Positions 26,711-42,391 of a DNA stretch of 64,000 bases are shown here, one piece after another. The translations under genes were made by a program, and so were the position numbers. Source of the DNA: Paramecium tetraurelia (taxonomy: Eukaryota). The stretch lies in NCBI GenBank assembly GCA_000165425.1, contig CT868009.1, positions 62,001 through 126,000 on the forward strand, read 5' to 3'. The notes under the pieces were generated by a model. That model was not told the DNA's origin and did no database searches. It saw only the letters and a list, made by a program, of their open reading frames with translations. Within the stretch, counting starts at the first letter, position 1, and each line of letters begins with the position of its first letter.

Positions 26711-28716
26711 ATGAAGAAATTTTATTCAAGTAAGATCATGTAACATATTAATAAGCAATACAACAATTAGATATTTTTGGTCAAACAATAACGCTAAATA
26801 TCAACAAAGATTCCTACTACAAAACCTTCTTTGGTGGAATTTCGTCAATAATGATCATTGCGATTCTAATTGCTTTTTTTTTCTCAAACGTTATGGATTT
26901 CCTAAATTAAACAGAAATCATATTTTCACTTGAAACGAAGTTCACCATAAATCCAGATGAGATGATTTTGACATCTTAGAATTATATGGCTGCATTTTCC
27001 ATAGAATAAGTAGGATATGTACTCAACCCATACTTCAACATCTCAATAGAATAAAGGTATTATAATATTGATTCAGACAATACATTCGAGATGAAAACGG
27101 GAAGTTAAACAAAAGTGTAACCTACATCCCATTGGAAGCTTGCACATTATAACATTTCGATCTTTTGTTGAACGAATCAAACATAAATTTCGAGGAGCAA
27201 TACAATTAACTTGATTTCTCAAATTGGTTGTGCCCCAAGTACATTAATTGAATATATTAAGAAAGGATTTTTAATTCAAACTTAGTGGTACATATTCTAG
27301 TTAGGAATTTAACTTTATCAAAATCGTTGTAAATGATTGTTAATAGAAAAAGGAGAATGAAACAGGATGGAATCCAGTTTGTGCCTCAGAATAAATTAAA
27401 CAATAACACCTATAAAAGGAAGGATAATTTAAATTTTAAATTTATTAAGTCAATTCTGTTGTTAATCCAGGTTAACCAAAGACCTATGTGAGCTCATATT
27501 TGGATGGAGAAATGTACTTTACATTTGTGCCTAAAAAGATGTCCAGATAAGCCAACCTATTTTACAGAAAATATTAATTCTTGAATGATTTATCACTATT
27601 GCCACTGGAGTATTTTAATATATAATGTTATTAAGGAATATCCAAGAAGAGGAAGTTGTTGTTAGAGAGAACTCAGATTATAGAGATTTAACAGAGTTAG
27701 GAAGGGATACCGATAGCAATTACGCAGTTATTTATTTGAGGAGAAGTTAATTTACTGAGATTGTGAATAGAAGATATACTTAGATAGGGGAGCTTCTTTC
27801 TTATTTAGGAGGCTTTCTATAAATAATGATAACTGGACTAGGGATCTTCATTATGTACTATAATAAGGTTTAAAGTATCAATATATAGTATATTTAGTGC
27901 AGATCGAACTATCAAATAAGTTATATAATTTTAAGATAAATTCTGGGAATGAGTAAAATTAGACAAGTATAATAAAACCTAGTTAAATATTGAATGCAAA
28001 GGGTCTATCAATATCTGTTGAAGACTCGTAGAATTAGAATTTAAATGAGAGTATGGCTGATGATAAATAAAAGAAGAATTATCTAAAGAAGGCGATTATT
28101 AAATAGTTTTAGTAGTTGAATAGGGTTAGTCTATCAATAAAGTTAATCTTAAATTAGTTGACTTTCGGATTATTGTTCAATAATAACGATTCGCAATTTT
28201 TGACGAAGGCTATGTAATTATTATTCGTATAGATCATTTTAGTAATAAAGTGAATAATGACCTCAACATCCACGATATCCTTTACAAGGTTTAGGAAGTA
28301 TAGAAATTGAAGCAAGTATTATTGAGAAGATCTTAAATTATTTTATTTAATTTCACTCCTAAGCCCCTGATTACTCTGGATGATGATTATCATTTGCCGA
28401 ATCGAATGGATATTGAAGAGAATTTAAGTGATTTGATTAATTCGAATTTCGGAGAAAAGAATGAAAATAACGAAAAGAGCGATAAGAATTTGTTCACTGA
28501 CTTATACCATGTATAATTGCTTATTAAATGAAGGCTTATTTGGAGATAAAGAAGGAATTGGAAGACGAGTCAATGCCTTTTTGTTAGTTTTCTTTGAATG
28601 CGTAATTAGCCTTAGAATTAGGTCCGTAAATGCAGGATATATTCAAGAATTAGGAGTAGATTGAGAATCAGGAAAAGGTGGCATACTCAGTTATATTAAA
28701 GTCTGTAAATGAATGA
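26711..28716 (+). CDS. Ciliate-type two-TM protein (paralog B of 16298..18306)
   Basis: LDIFGQTITLNIN...FGGISSIMIIAILIAFF; NYMAAFSIEQ; SYLDGEMYFTF; GELLSYLGGFLQIMITGLGIFIMYYNK; shared intron positions. Confidence 0.85.
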
Positions 28717-28781
28717 AGTGAGGAAGAGTATTATTATTTGGCAATTAAATATCATTTACTTTATATAAAATATTAAATACA

Positions 28782-31271
<2,490 letters not shown>

Positions 31272-31571
31272 TTTTAGATTCTATATAGTCAACAATTTTA
31301 AATATATTAAATTATTGCGCTTTTATCTAGTAAGTTAAAAATGTAATTCACAAGTGAACTCTAAATATATAATTTCAATTTATAAATGATATAAACATAA
31401 TTCTGTGTAAGCTAAGAAAAAGTAGTAATATTTTTGATATTAATTAAATTAAGGTTTTCTGAGTAATGACATACACAATTTTAAATATCACCATTGAAAT
31501 TAATAAAGATGGTTGATTATTATGCAATGCTAAAATATTAACATAAATAATTTAGTTATTTATATTTTGAT

Positions 31572-34500
31572 ATGAAAAATATGAAATAATAGCCAGAACC
31601 AGAGATTCCTACTCTATAATAATAGGATAAATATTTAGAGAGGAAGCGTTAAGGACAGGGGTTGGATGTAAATTTCAAATTGTTTAACGACTTTCTAAAA
31701 TTAAGAGCTGCTAGCTTCTCAAAAGTTACTATCATGTTGCTCGTTTCGTTTTTTCATTAAGCCTTGAGTTACATTTCTTAGTAAGGCTAATTTTTATATT
31801 CTGATATAAGCACCTTGCAGATTTACACTATTCAACTGAGAGCACTTTATTGAATCAAATTCTTAGTGCATGCCAATATGTAGACATCCTAAGTTTATTG
31901 CGAATCGACACAAACTTTTCTTATTTCATCCTGACGATAGCACTCATTTTTACAATTGGTCTAACTCTACTCTATGTGATGATTTATATTTTAGGACCTG
32001 AATACAAGCCCAGAAAGAAGTTCATAGGGAAAGTATTTAATTTATTGAATATGCAATAGTTATTTGTGTTCCTTTGCGATATTTACATTTGGTTATTGTT
32101 CTTTCCATGCATGATTACATGTTTTGAATTTTGCATTTGTAATTAAGAATAGGGATGTACTCTTGATACAGTGAGATTAATCTTAACTTTTTTGGCCATT
32201 TTGGGATTGATATGCGGTTTGCTTAATATAGTTGTATTAACTGCTTTGTTTCATAATAATTGGGAAAACAAAAAAGATTGTTTCAATGGAGAAAATGTAA
32301 TTTATCTAACCAGTTATCAATTCAGTCGTTTTGTGATGGCATTCTTCGTAGTTTTCAGGTATGATTATAGTGTTTATCCCTAAGTACTAAAGTTTACACT
32401 TTCTTATGGTTGTTTATGATAGTATCATTTCTGATCTACACATTGTTTTTAGCGAACATCCTAATTGGAAATGGCTTCCTAGCTTTTGGGACTAAATACA
32501 CTAGGTCATTATTTATCGTGATGTTGATATTTCTGGTTAGCACAACCTTTTCATCAATTGTCGATGAATTGCATCGAAGCTAGAATTCTGATACAACAAT
32601 TGAAAATTTTAGCGTTTATTTTTCATTCACTTTGATCTTCCTCTTATTGACAGTTGGTTATAACTTGAGACACACTCAGAGTATTACTATTTAATTTGAT
32701 ATCCATCAACTCACTCCTGATGCTCTGTAGAAATAAATATATACAACCCTTGCTTTCCTGGAGGTTTCACTTACTGATATCTCAATTGATACCTATTTCA
32801 AAGGGATTCTGTAGAGACATTTGGATTTTGAATGTTAACATCCTGTTATAAAAGGAGAGGGCAGGTGTTTTTGCAAAAAGAAAAGAGTCTATGATTCAAA
32901 GAAACGAAAGGAGGTGAGAGTGGAAGAGTGGATTACAACGAAAGCAATAATTATGAAATTTCTGATTAAAAGTTGGATTGAAACCTATCTTGGGGATCGA
33001 CCTAATGATGTGAGTGTTCAAATACTGTATGCTAGGTAAGAGATGATATTAAATTAGGTTTATGTTCAGTAAATTTCACAATCATCAAATTGCATTGCAT
33101 ATTCTATCAGGTCTGGAGAAGCGATTCACCTTCTTATTGGATAGATACAGATCTTATCAATTGAAATGGAAAATAATAAAATTCATCAGACACAGGAATA
33201 GTGATAGTTATAAAGGGAAATTGGAGATTGAGAATGCATTATTTGTTGAAGAACAAATTGATTCAATAAAAAACAACATCACAAACATTCTAAAGTAGAA
33301 CTGCGTATTTTGGAACAATCTTCAGTAAACAACTATTGATATGAGTGAGATGGACAATCTATTGTAAATGATTTTCAAAAAAATAGAAGCGACTAAACAT
33401 CTATGGATGACAATTACTAATTATTTGGAGTATAAAAAGAAGTGGAAATTTTATTATGCATGGTTCACTCTCTATATTTTGAATAAGAAAATTAAGAATA
33501 GAATTTTAGACAACTTCTAGGGGTTCTAGGTAAATGAGAACGATATCTTCTCAGAAGAACTGCAAGAACACAATGCCGATGAAGATGTCAATAGTGTCAA
33601 GTCTGGATACTTAGATAATGAGAAGATAGAGATAAAAAGCAGGAAAATCATATTTGATAAAAAAGCCTGTATTATATAAGCGAGCGATGACATTCAATCC
33701 TCAATTCTCAAAGTTAATAAACAATTCACTCGCATTTTCGGTTATTCTAGTGAAGAAGTAGTAAGGATGTAAGTATCATAGTTAATTTAGATTGCCCATA
33801 ATCAATTTGATGCCTGATGTCTATGGTAAAGTCCATCCTCAGATTCTCAATGATTACAAACAAACAGGTAAGAGCACCTCTCTCTATTCTCAAAGAAAGA
33901 TTTATTGTCTTCATAAATCCGGTGTTATGTTTACAGCTTGGAAATTCTTAAAATTGTATGTTGATTTGAATGGTCTCTCCTAATTTGTGATTATGATTAG
34001 GCCAACTGATTTTGATAACGAAAAGAAGCATGATTACATGATCCTTAATAATGATTGGGAAATTAATGGAATGACGAATAACGTACTTTCAGGACTCAAT
34101 CTCGATCCTCGACTTTTCAAGAAGACTTCATCTGAATTCATACTCTTTAATATGCTTCTATTTGCACCCAAACTTATTTAATATTCCAGAATAGCTCCCT
34201 TGATTAATGAGGAAAAAGATTTACCAGTTTTTGGAATGATGAAGAACCCCAAGAAACCAGTTCAAAAGGTCATTCACCATCAAAATGTCCTTGAAAATCA
34301 ATTATCTAATTCAAGCAAACCAAAAATTAATGTCAATATGCTTGGCTCAGCCTCACTCAAATAGTCACTTGGCAAACCAATTCAAGGTTTGTATTCTGAT
34401 CTTGATTTCGGATCCAAAGTGCTATTACCATAACAATCTATCGATTAATAGATACCATAATAATTGGTTATCTAAAATGAGAGAGATAAATGTCTTGTAG

Positions 34501-37500
34501 CATCAAATGAGTTCTATTAGTGATAAGAATGAATTTGATGATTTCAATAAATAAATAGGTTAATTTGAAAAGATCTAAAATCTTAATTAAGAAATGGAAC
34601 GAAGAGCTGAAGAGTAGATTAATCAACTCAAAGAAACATAATTTTAAAGTAATTACCAGAAGATTTAAACTATGGGCGTCAAAGAAAAAGATGCTTTCAG
34701 TGAGGATAATGCAAGTAGAGATGAAATGATTGAAAAAATCAAAGGAATTAAAATGTTGGAAGGCAAAATCAACAGTGGTGAATAAATTCAATTCAGAATG
34801 AAGATACCAGAGAATATGGATAAAATTATTGATTACTATTCCTCTTAAAAATCAAAGATGTACCAATTAAAAAAATAACAAGATGATGTATCCAATTTTA
34901 TTAATCTTATTTTAGTAAGTTAAATAGGAAGAAGTCATTGATTAAGGAAAGAAAAAAGAAAAAGAAAAATTCTTCACTAAATAGGGAACACAACAAAGAG
35001 AATTTAGGAAGAAAGCTAGACTCATGTTTTAAAAAGCAGCAGAAATGAAACGGTGTTAAGATGATGTGTAAATCATTTAATTATATGATATAGAAATTTC
35101 TATGAATTATTGCTTGAAATCTACTAGAAACTAATATAAGAATAAAAAACTCGCACATATAAGGTGAATTGCACTATTTAATTCATTAAAATAAAAGACG
35201 AAAGAGTAGGTATTATAAAGATAATTTCTATAAATGAAATAATGAAGATTAAACGAGTTACTAGGGAACGAGATGGAAACCGTAAATAATCAGTCTTCTT
35301 GAAAAATATTTAACCTTCAAGAGAGTTAGGTGCTAAAGGATCAAAATTGTCAGCCACTAATTTATCGAGCCAATTTGAAAATTCAAAATTTGTGTCTATG
35401 GCAAGCGAAAACGAGACTAAATAATAGATTAGCCCTGTAGATCTTAAAGTTAATCCCAAGTTCCCTCTTATGAAGGATAAGTCCTTTAAAGGAAATCTAG
35501 GTTATCAGATGAATGCTCCAATTCAAGAAATTGATGACGATAAGGATTTACTGATTGATAGTAAAGCTTTTAATAAGATGATTAACTGGGATACCTTTTA
35601 ATAACAATTCAAGATGCAACAGGGAGCACTCAACTTTTCACTTAATGCTGGCGATAATATATTCAGGAAGGAAGATAATAACAAGCCTCGTAAATTCTTG
35701 ATTAAAATCGCTTATTTGACATGGTTTTTGAGAATAATGTTTGTTGCCATCATTACGTTAAATCTGCTGACTTACTTCCTAAAACCCTTTGTAGAATTCA
35801 ACCCTATGATTTCTCAATCCAACAGAATCTTAGCATTATCTTAAATGTAAACAACCATGATTGAGACTTATGATACTCTCTTGGATCTTTTAATATTCCG
35901 AGAAGATTCTGATTTTAATGAAATGGGAATGTCGGACAAATTAACCTATTATAATTATCAACTGTCTTCTATTCAGGAGAGTTATAAGTTTCTTAAACTG
36001 CAGATTAAAGATTTAGATTAGCTATAGACTTTTCTTGATGATGGCATTTTCTATTCCAATGCCATTTTAGATGAATCTATACTTGGGTAAGCCAATACCA
36101 CTCTCACTCTAGATAGTAAAGACTACTTCACCAAGTTCATTATGCTAGAACATGAGATATCCATGATGGATGCTTCAGTATTAGAGGTCATAGGCCCATC
36201 AGATCCATTTGTTAAATTTATTAGATACGTCACAATACCATAATTATACAACCAACTAAATAATGCAGTTATGGAGTTGTAGAGTATTGTGTTGGAAAAG
36301 TCTGATTCTATTTCTGATTTTGTTGTGGTGATACTGAGCATAGAAGGATCTCTTTTGGCTAGTGGGTTTTTTGGATTATTAGTCATAATCTTCTGGATTA
36401 GTCAAACATACAAAGCAGTTTTAAAGATCTTCATACTTATTTAGAAGAATGATTTAAATAAAATAGTCAAATAGCAAAAGTTCATCGAAAATCAATTTAA
36501 GTATATCATAACAAAAGACCTAGAAATCAGTGGAGTTTAACCAAAAGGGGTTTATCAAAGATTTAATTCACTTTCCTCTAAACATAATTTTCAAATGCAA
36601 CAAAACTTCCTCTTAATCAACGAAGAAGAAGAGTAGAATATGAATAAGAAGAGAGAAAAGAATATCATCGATCGATAATTGCTAAAATCGTTGACTCTTA
36701 AACTATATGCCACCTATATCATCTTGGTTCTATTATCTGCTGGGGCTTCCTTCGCCTTCTTCTTTACTCTAAAACAAGCCAGTAGCGATATTAGTAATCT
36801 TATTTAAATTGGATCTGTTACTATTTCAGACTTTTCAGATAATTAACTATTATTAGTATCTGTTAAGGAGCGATATTATAATGAGGATAATTATCAATCA
36901 AATTACCTACCTAAAGTTAAGACTTTGCTAGAGAGTCAAATTGAAAGTGTCAAGCAAACTCCTTAAATTGATGATCCTGGACATGGAAACTACTATGATG
37001 GATTTTAAGCAATTTATTTTGATAATCTTTGCTATTATCTATTTAATCAATCCTGTAAATAAATTATATTATCTTAGAACTATCTTCATCTGAATAGACG
37101 GATTGTGAGCAGTTAGTGAATGGCAAATTAAAAGACGGAATAGTGGCATTTAATTAGTATTTCCTCTCAAATGTCTAGGATTATGTTCTATTAAATATAG
37201 ATAGATTTGGGTACATCAATAATAAAATGATTTGGAATCTTAATTCCTGTATTGATTATGTCAAAACAGCTTTCAAAACTTTACTTACAGAGTGGGCTCA
37301 TGTATAAAATATAACTATTATTTATTAGGATTTAAATGTAATTAATTGATTCTAATATCACATTAGTTTTAGTGTTGCTAATTGTTATGCAATTATTTTA
37401 ATTATTTGTCTTTCTGGCAATTGCTGAAATGTACTTGGTAAGCCAACTCAATAAGACCTTTTCCTTTTATCGATTAGTTTACAAATCCTATATGCCAAAT

Positions 37501-37566
37501 GATATAATTTAGAAAGAGAAAATCATAAGAGCTCAATTAATACGTTACAATATAATTAAGAAATGA
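31572..37566 (+). CDS. Large multi-pass membrane protein with PAS domain (TmcB-like ciliate family)
   Basis: N-terminal TM cluster; helical region; PAS-like ILKVNKQFTRIFGYSSEEVV...INLMPDVYGKVHPQIL...YCLHKSG; further TM segments at the C-terminus; TGA at 37564-37566. Confidence 0.85.
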
Positions 37567-37944
37567 CTTTTATTATATATTAATTAGTTTAATCTTAATC
37601 TAATATTATTAAAATCAGAAATTATATGATGATCAAAGAATAACTCTAAGGAAATTAAGGTTGGATTGGATTCGATCGATAAAATGTAAATTATTTTTTA
37701 TTTTTTAGTATGAGAAGGTTTTTTATTATTCTCAAGTTTCATAACTAATTAGGTAGGTTTAATCTATTTCTGAATTTCTTCAGCATTTTTAAATTTTATT
37801 GCAAGGACCCGATAATAAAAATGTTAATCGCTATCAGCTAATAATTCATTAATTGATTGATCGAATTATTTTGAATAAAGGTTCTATTATATGATAAAAA
37901 AAGATTCATAAATTTAATTGGAATTTATTTATATCTTATTTATT

Positions 37945-39344
37945 TCATTTTGGAGCTTGTTTAATTAATTCATTTAATGGAATGTTTTTCTTATTAAGTA
38001 TCATTTATAAGACTCCTTCTTTGTTCCTATTATTGAAGAAGGGTAACTGGAGAGCTTATTCAGCAGTCATTCTAGTTTTAGAACTCTTGTCTAAGACTTT
38101 CTCAATGAATTCTTGGAACTGTTTTGAGAATTTATTTGGCAATCGTGGTGCGTCATTTGCAGTAATTGAATACATGGCTTTCAATGGAGGCACTCGTAAA
38201 TAAGGTGGTTCCCCTTGAGCCAATTCTATTGCAATGATCCCCACACTCCAGATATCTACCTTTTCATCGTAATCCTATTTCAATATCAATTCAGGTGACA
38301 TCCAAGCAGGTGTACCTACAACAGACTTTCGATGTTGTCTTTCTGCTGTCAATTGAGTTGCGAATCCAAAGTCAGCAATCTTGATTTCCCCCTTCTTATT
38401 CATCAGAATGTTGTCACTCTTCAAATCTCTATGGATCTTTTTCTTTTAGTGCATGTAATTGAGACCTGATAGAATCTCCCCGCAAATGTAAGCAATTTCA
38501 GGTTCCTTCATGGATTTAAAGTTCTAATATATTATTTCTGTCAAACATCCACCATCCAAATATTCTACAACCATGAATAAACATGATTGATAGATGTAGG
38601 AGTCATAATACTTGACAATGTTTTGATTTGCACACATTTTCATCAATGCTATTTCCACCTTGATTCTCTGCATATCATTGCCTATTTTCATCACTCTCAC
38701 TGCCACTTCGTCATTTGTATTCCTATGTATGGCCTTATAGACTTTACACATCGCTCCCTTCCCCAATTGCTCTGTGAATTTATACAATATAGATGGATCT
38801 TGCTCTATGAATTTGATGTCCATCACTTGTTTAATGAATTCATCGTTTGTTGGCAAGGTCAGTTTAGTTTGTCTGTAGACGCCTTCTTCGTAATTTGAAA
38901 TGATTTGGATCATAACCTAAGGGTTTTGCTCGATATCAGCCTTCTGGAGATCAGCTTTTTGGAGTTTTTCAATCCACTCAGGTGGGAGACCCTTGAGACC
39001 TAATTGTGCAGTGGGATCTATTTCAATATGGATTTTGTGTTGCAAATTAAAAGGTGCACTCATTATAGGTTCATTGATCAAATCAAGAATTGCCTCTGGA
39101 AGTTCTGATGGTTAGACTGAAGCAGGCAGATTCTTTGTCTCCACAGTCTTGTTTTGATCTGAAATTAATTATGTGCGATTCAACCTATTTCAAGTTTGAG
39201 ACCGTTCAAATCCGCCCATTCTTTTGGAACCCCCAACAATTTCCCAGTTTTGGGATCTCTTGTGATTTGAATGTGACTTTAGAAATTCGAAATTTGACCA
39301 TCAGGTGCATTATGATTTTTCTCTTTAGAACTCTTTTATCCCAT
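37945..39344 (-). CDS. PAK: PAK/STE20-family kinase with two p21-binding (CRIB-like) domains
   Basis: MGQKSSK N-terminus; [16 protein letters not shown]...GLPPEW; kinase [40 protein letters not shown]. Confidence 0.93.
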
Positions 39345-39928
39345 AATTCTCTGTAAATATGTAAAAATATAATTTTCATGCAATCATAATAATTTTGATA
39401 AATAATAAAATTTGATCAACTAAACAAAGTTTCACCAAAATATGCTAAGTAGAAACTATGCCATTTAATTGAATTGCCTTACACTTCGTCAAGTTTATAT
39501 TAGCCAAGCTTAAACCTCATCTTTTGTATTAGGAAATGCTTATTTGAAATCAGGAAAACATATAAATATATTTGAAACTCTTTATTTATTCGAGTTCTTT
39601 TAACTGAAATTCCTCAATTTAGAATTACATTCATAATCCTAGAGTTCGCTTAAAATCCATAATACTTATTCTACAAATTAAGCTCCCATCTATTTTAAGG
39701 GCTTGACACAATTATTGTGAGGTTAACCATTAATCATTTAGACTAGTATCTAGATGAATTAATTTCGTTAACCTAATTTTAAATTATCCAAGTAATTAAA
39801 CTTATTAATAAGAAGCTTTTAAAGTTTTTTATCTGATTGCTTTTCACACAAATTAGATGATGCCTTTTAATAATATTTGATCTTGAATTTTAATCAATAA
39901 ATAAAGAGAGTTCAATCGCAGTTTTTTT

Positions 39929-39943
39929 GTGTGTGTGTGTGTG
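39929..39943. repeat. (GT)7 dinucleotide microsatellite, intergenic
   Basis: gtgtgtgtgtgtgtg following a T7 run. Confidence 0.7.
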
Positions 39944-40283
39944 CTAGTTGAAATGTGATTTGAAAGTACAATAATAATTGTTAAAATAGGATCACTAATT
40001 TTGGTCATATTGATAAAAAAGGACTTAAATAAATAGCATAAGATATATAAAGACTTTAATATCTTGTGTTATAGATAAGATAATTAATACTGATTAAAAT
40101 AGTGTAAATGAATCTTAATGATAAAAGCATGAAAAAACTATATTCTAGTTGTAAATTTAATTCAGAATTATCAAAAGAACATTTATTCCTTTTTAGAATT
40201 ACATATATCATCTATTATAAGAATTTCATAATATCAAATATTTCTATAGAAATTATTAAATACATAGATGAATGATTATTATT

Positions 40284-42071
40284 ATGTCTAAATTTTATTT
40301 TTCAATATTAAAAAATATTGAGTCACAATTTAAAATCAATCTCAGTCAAATCAATCAATATTTAAATTCATCTAACTTAGATGGATATCAAAAATACAAG
40401 AATGCAACGCACTTATGCATTGGTGACATCCAAGACACAATTAATAATAAATCCTAACTTTAATTTGAGGTTGTATAGCACATTTTGATTATTTCCAAAC
40501 TCAAACCTAATTTACCCTATTAATCCATGATATTAGATGTTATTGCTCATGCAGCTAAACTATCCTAACAAGAGATTGTTCAGGAAATCATCCAAAATTA
40601 TCAATTTAATTAAGAGGGATAAATGCAATTGCTTGACGTCCTAAGTAATAGCAACTACAATATACAAAAGTTATTACTTGATAACTTGGGTTCAATTCAA
40701 AACTTGAGGGATGTTGAAGATGCAAATTAAATTTTTAAAATACTTGCAAATCTGATGAAGGTCAATAGATCAAACTCATTGACAGAAGAGAGTGTAGCCA
40801 ATTTTTCAGATCTCCAATATGATTTTTGGTTGAAGAATACTGAGAATGGCGAAGGTTAAACACGGAAAGAGGATGCACATTTAATTTAGATAATGATAAG
40901 AGTCTTAAAGGACAAGGTGGAATGGTTAATCAAAAAAGGATAGAAAGTATCATCAACTACACTCATTCAGTACATTTAGTAATTTAGATAGACCACTGAA
41001 ATATCCTTTGATGACATAAGGAATTAAAATTATTCAAAGAAAGAAGAAATGATACTCTTCAATATCCTCAGAACCTAAGAACAATTTGACATCATCAAAG
41101 CTATTAACTACATCAAATAGAATCACTCCTCATACAACCTGCAATACGTCTATAAATTCTTGAATAATCAACAAACCGTAGACTTAGACCTTCTCTAAGT
41201 GGTTGAAGGGAGCATTCAGAATGAACGTGTAAGAATATAAAATCTACTGTAATTCTACTCAACAATACCAATTGAGCCATCTTGGAAAATTGCTTAGATT
41301 TTAAGAAACATTTTACTTAAGGATTGGGACAATATGACGATCTCTCAATAATTGACAATTGTAGGGCAATTATTTAGAATAGAGAGATTGATATAGAAAC
41401 CTTAACCAATTGGTAAATTCTTCATTCTTGATTCCATTTTGATAAGCAAAATAGAACAAATGATTTTGCAACTCAGATTTCAAGATCTCAGCCAAGTAGA
41501 CAGACTCAAAGTCTACTTTCTAATGAATTCGTACTTTGGCAAAGATTTATTATCCAGTAATTAAGACTTAAGTAATCTTAGGCTATTTCAATACTCAATA
41601 TGCTCTTTACATCTAGGCGTACTTGAGAAATCAATTTCAAACTCAACCTCGAATTCAGAGTAAATTACAGAAGTAGGTGGAAGAGAGTCTAGTGAAAAAT
41701 AGAGTTTTTTATGAGAGAGAGCCCCTGGTAGAGAATTGTTTTGCTGTTGATTTTAAATTGAAGAACACTATAATCGAAGTGAATGGTCCACACCATTATT
41801 GTTCGATCGTAGGAGATACATTGCCTAATGATGCTGTCTAACATTTAAGCACCAATCAAGCAATGTATGAAACATTAAAAACCAGTCTAAAAGTACTAAG
41901 TCATTCTTATAATAATAGACGAGACTATTACAGTAGAAGGGGTATAGGGTGATAAATATCCCTTACTTTAAATGGAATGGGTGGTGCATTAGCAATAAAT
42001 AGGATAAGATATTGAATGATATGTTGGAGGGCATATCGTTGAAGGATAGCGAGTTGTTGAGTAAAATTTGA
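40284..42071 (+). CDS. RAP-domain (FASTK-like) protein, probably organellar RNA-binding
   Basis: C-terminal FAVDFKLKNTIIEVNGPHHY...TSLKTRLLQQKGYRVINIPYFKW fits the RAP consensus; helical region upstream. Start could be 40272. Confidence 0.85.
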
Positions 42072-42105
42072 GTTATTTTTATATATTTATTAAAATTGTA
42101 AAGAA

Positions 42106-42330
42106 ATGTGCGATGCAATAAATGAAAAGGATGAGAGGTATAAATACGCTTCGGAATTGATGGACAAGGACGGATGCAAACAAGTGAATTTGGAATTGAC
42201 TCAATGTCTGAAACAATACAAGAAGGATTGGAGAATGTGTAAGGTAGAGTCTATGTGAGTCTATTGATAGGATCAAACTGCAAATCTATAGAAGTGTCTC
42301 ATTGAGCAAAAGAACCAGAGACCCAAATGA
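42106..42330 (+). CDS. COA4: Twin CX9C protein, cytochrome c oxidase assembly factor 4-like, 65 aa
   Basis: GCKQVNLELTQCLKQYKKDWRMCKDQTANLQKCL: two CX9C motifs plus the DWRxC hallmark; one 27-nt intron. Confidence 0.85.
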
Positions 42331-42391
42331 CTTGACATATTTTTAACAACAATTAATATTTAATAATATGATTTTATACTAGTACTTATGA

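Noticed and set aside
38587..38898. Standard-code ORFs antisense to real genes (also 9391..9714, 47608..47883, 51184..51426, 54247..54567)
   Set aside because: They are shadows of opposite-strand coding sequence with no motifs of their own.
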